A stretch of DNA of 64,000 nucleotides, taken from Nitrosopumilus sp. (GTDB lineage Archaea > Thermoproteota > Nitrososphaeria > Nitrososphaerales > Nitrosopumilaceae). The position numbers were made by a program, and so were the translations under genes. Where the stretch lies: positions 384,001-448,000 of the forward strand of contig OZ243974.1 of assembly GCA_965214775.1 (NCBI GenBank). Reading direction: 5' to 3'. Under the pieces are notes generated by a model. It ran no database searches and was not told the DNA's origin. It worked only from the letters and a program-made list of their open reading frames with translations. Positions 62,584 through 64,000 of this stretch are shown one piece after another (within the stretch, counting starts at the first letter, position 1; every line of letters begins with the position of its first letter).

Positions 62584-63735
62584 ATGGAATTTTCAAAAGA
62601 AATTTTCGAGGAGATTGTTGAAGGAAAAACAAAGATACTGGTTCCAAAAAAATCAATCACAGATAAGGTTCCACCAAAAAAACCTGCATTCTTTAATCCC
62701 AGAGCCAAACTCAACAGGGATTTTTCAATAGTAGCATATGCGGCGTTTTTAAGAAAATTTCAAGGGCCTAAAATTTTCTTGGAAGGGCTTGCGGGAATTG
62801 GGGCCAGGGGCCTCAGGGTTTCAAATGAATTGAACATAGAGCATTTGGTGATAAATGATCTGAATCCCACGGCACTGGAAATGGCCAGACATTCTGCAAC
62901 CGCAAATGGGATTCAGAGCGTAGAGTTTTCAGAAAAAGAAGTCTGTAGATTTTTGAGCAGGTATTCTGAAAAAGGCAAAAGAGGCACGATAGTAGACATT
63001 GATCCATTTGGTTCCCCGGCAGCATTTTTTGACTGTGGAATTAGGGCTACCATACATGGCGGAATGCTATCTGCTGCTGCAACGGATTTGCAGGTACTGA
63101 ACGGACTCTTTCAGGCTGCATGCAAGAGAAAATACGGCGGAATTCCAGTAAGAGCAGAGTACGGAAATGAGATTGCAATAAGGCTAGTTCTGGGTTGTTT
63201 GAGAATGGTGGCATCAAGACTAGGAGTAAAGGTAGAACCCGTGTTTGTTGAAAGTGACATGCATTACTATAGAACCTATGTCAAAGTGTACAACAAACCT
63301 GATCAAGAAGAAAATATCGGATACATCTTGCATTGCAAAAATTGCGGGCATCGAAAAATTTCATTAGAACAACACCAAACCGAATGCGAGTTATGCAAGT
63401 CAGAAATCAGTGTTGCAGGTCCGTTATGGATTGGAAAGATTTTTGACAAAGAATTCGTACAAAATATGTCTGATGAGATTTCAGAATTAAATGTGGATAA
63501 AATTTGTGTTAAAACCATAGAGAAAAACCTTGATGAGGCAAACCTGCCGGCTGCATATTATACGCTTGACGAGATTGCTTCTAAAACAAAATCCTCGCCG
63601 CCAAAGTTAGATAGTTTCATAAATGAATTAAGAAAAAACGGTTTTGTTGCAGGTCCAACAGCATTTAATCCAACTGGATTTAGAACTGATGCAAACATTT
63701 TAGAAATTACAAGAATTTTTCAGTCTATCCGATAA
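62584..63735 (+). CDS. trm1: tRNA (guanine26-N2)-dimethyltransferase
   Basis: FFNP..LNRD, DIDPFGSP, GPLWIG. Confidence 0.93.
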   Translation: MEFSKEIFEEIVEGKTKILVPKKSITDKVPPKKPAFFNPRAKLNRDFSIVAYAAFLRKFQGPKIFLEGLAGIGARGLRVSNELNIEHLVINDLNPTALEMARHSATANGIQSVEFSEKEVCRFLSRYSEKGKRGTIVDIDPFGSPAAFFDCGIRATIHGGMLSAAATDLQVLNGLFQAACKRKYGGIPVRAEYGNEIAIRLVLGCLRMVASRLGVKVEPVFVESDMHYYRTYVKVYNKPDQEENIGYILHCKNCGHRKISLEQHQTECELCKSEISVAGPLWIGKIFDKEFVQNMSDEISELNVDKICVKTIEKNLDEANLPAAYYTLDEIASKTKSSPPKLDSFINELRKNGFVAGPTAFNPTGFRTDANILEITRIFQSIR

Positions 63736-64000
63736 ATCCCAGGCAAACATGGTATAGCTCACTGCTTTGTTTCCTGCTTGCCTTTGGTTTTGTTAAATTA
63801 ATTCTTGCAAATTTCTTTTTAACGTAATCCTTGAATTCCATAGAGTACTGACCGTCAAACACCTTGAAGACAGCGTTTCCTTTGTGGGCCAAAACCCTGT
63901 CCATTATCTTTGTACAATCATAGTTTAACGAGATTTGTTTGGCATGATCAACAGACCAATTTCCGCTAACATTTGGAGAAAGATCACATATGACAGCATT
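63725..64000 (-). CDS. rlmE: RlmE/FtsJ 23S rRNA methyltransferase (3' part)
   Basis: Manual translation: VICDLSPNVSG...VFKVFDG...KPKASRKQSSELY. Confidence 0.9.
   Translation of the reverse strand, partial: NAVICDLSPNVSGNWSVDHAKQISLNYDCTKIMDRVLAHKGNAVFKVFDGQYSMEFKDYVKKKFARINLTKPKASRKQSSELYHVCLGFIG

Overview
Thaumarchaeal (Nitrosopumilaceae-like, possibly host-associated) chromosomal segment. Both ends are core genes: an 11-subunit-type nuo operon (A-B-C-D-H-I-J-K-M-L, minus strand), tRNA-Ser(GCT), metallophosphoesterase, isocitrate/isopropylmalate dehydrogenase, a HemK2-rsmA-DUF655-rpo4-rpl21e cluster, and at the right rps30e, a radical SAM gene, pyrK/pyrD, nop5-fibrillarin, rnhB, trm1 and rlmE. 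Between about 14.2 and 56.1 kb lies a mobile-element-rich accessory region that also holds radA and xpb-bax1. It contains IS5, IS481, IS110, IS6, IS66 (2 copies) and ISH3 (2 copies) elements, at least five MITE families, an AbiEi/AbiEii pair, a HEPN cluster and large repeat-rich surface proteins. The main finding is a 10,157-bp single-transposase IS6-family cargo transposon (21125-31281). It has 50-bp bipartite inverted repeats and an 8-bp target duplication, and it carries a type II restriction-modification pair (MTase broken at a C10 tract) plus a large secreted FN3/HYR/LamG protein with a possible glutamic-peptidase domain. It sits inside an IS110 recombinase gene that can be rebuilt in frame and is preceded by a candidate bridge-RNA region. 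Several single-base frameshifts, including one in the essential nuoM, mean assembly indel errors cannot be excluded. All family assignments come from motif recognition by eye; no searches were run.
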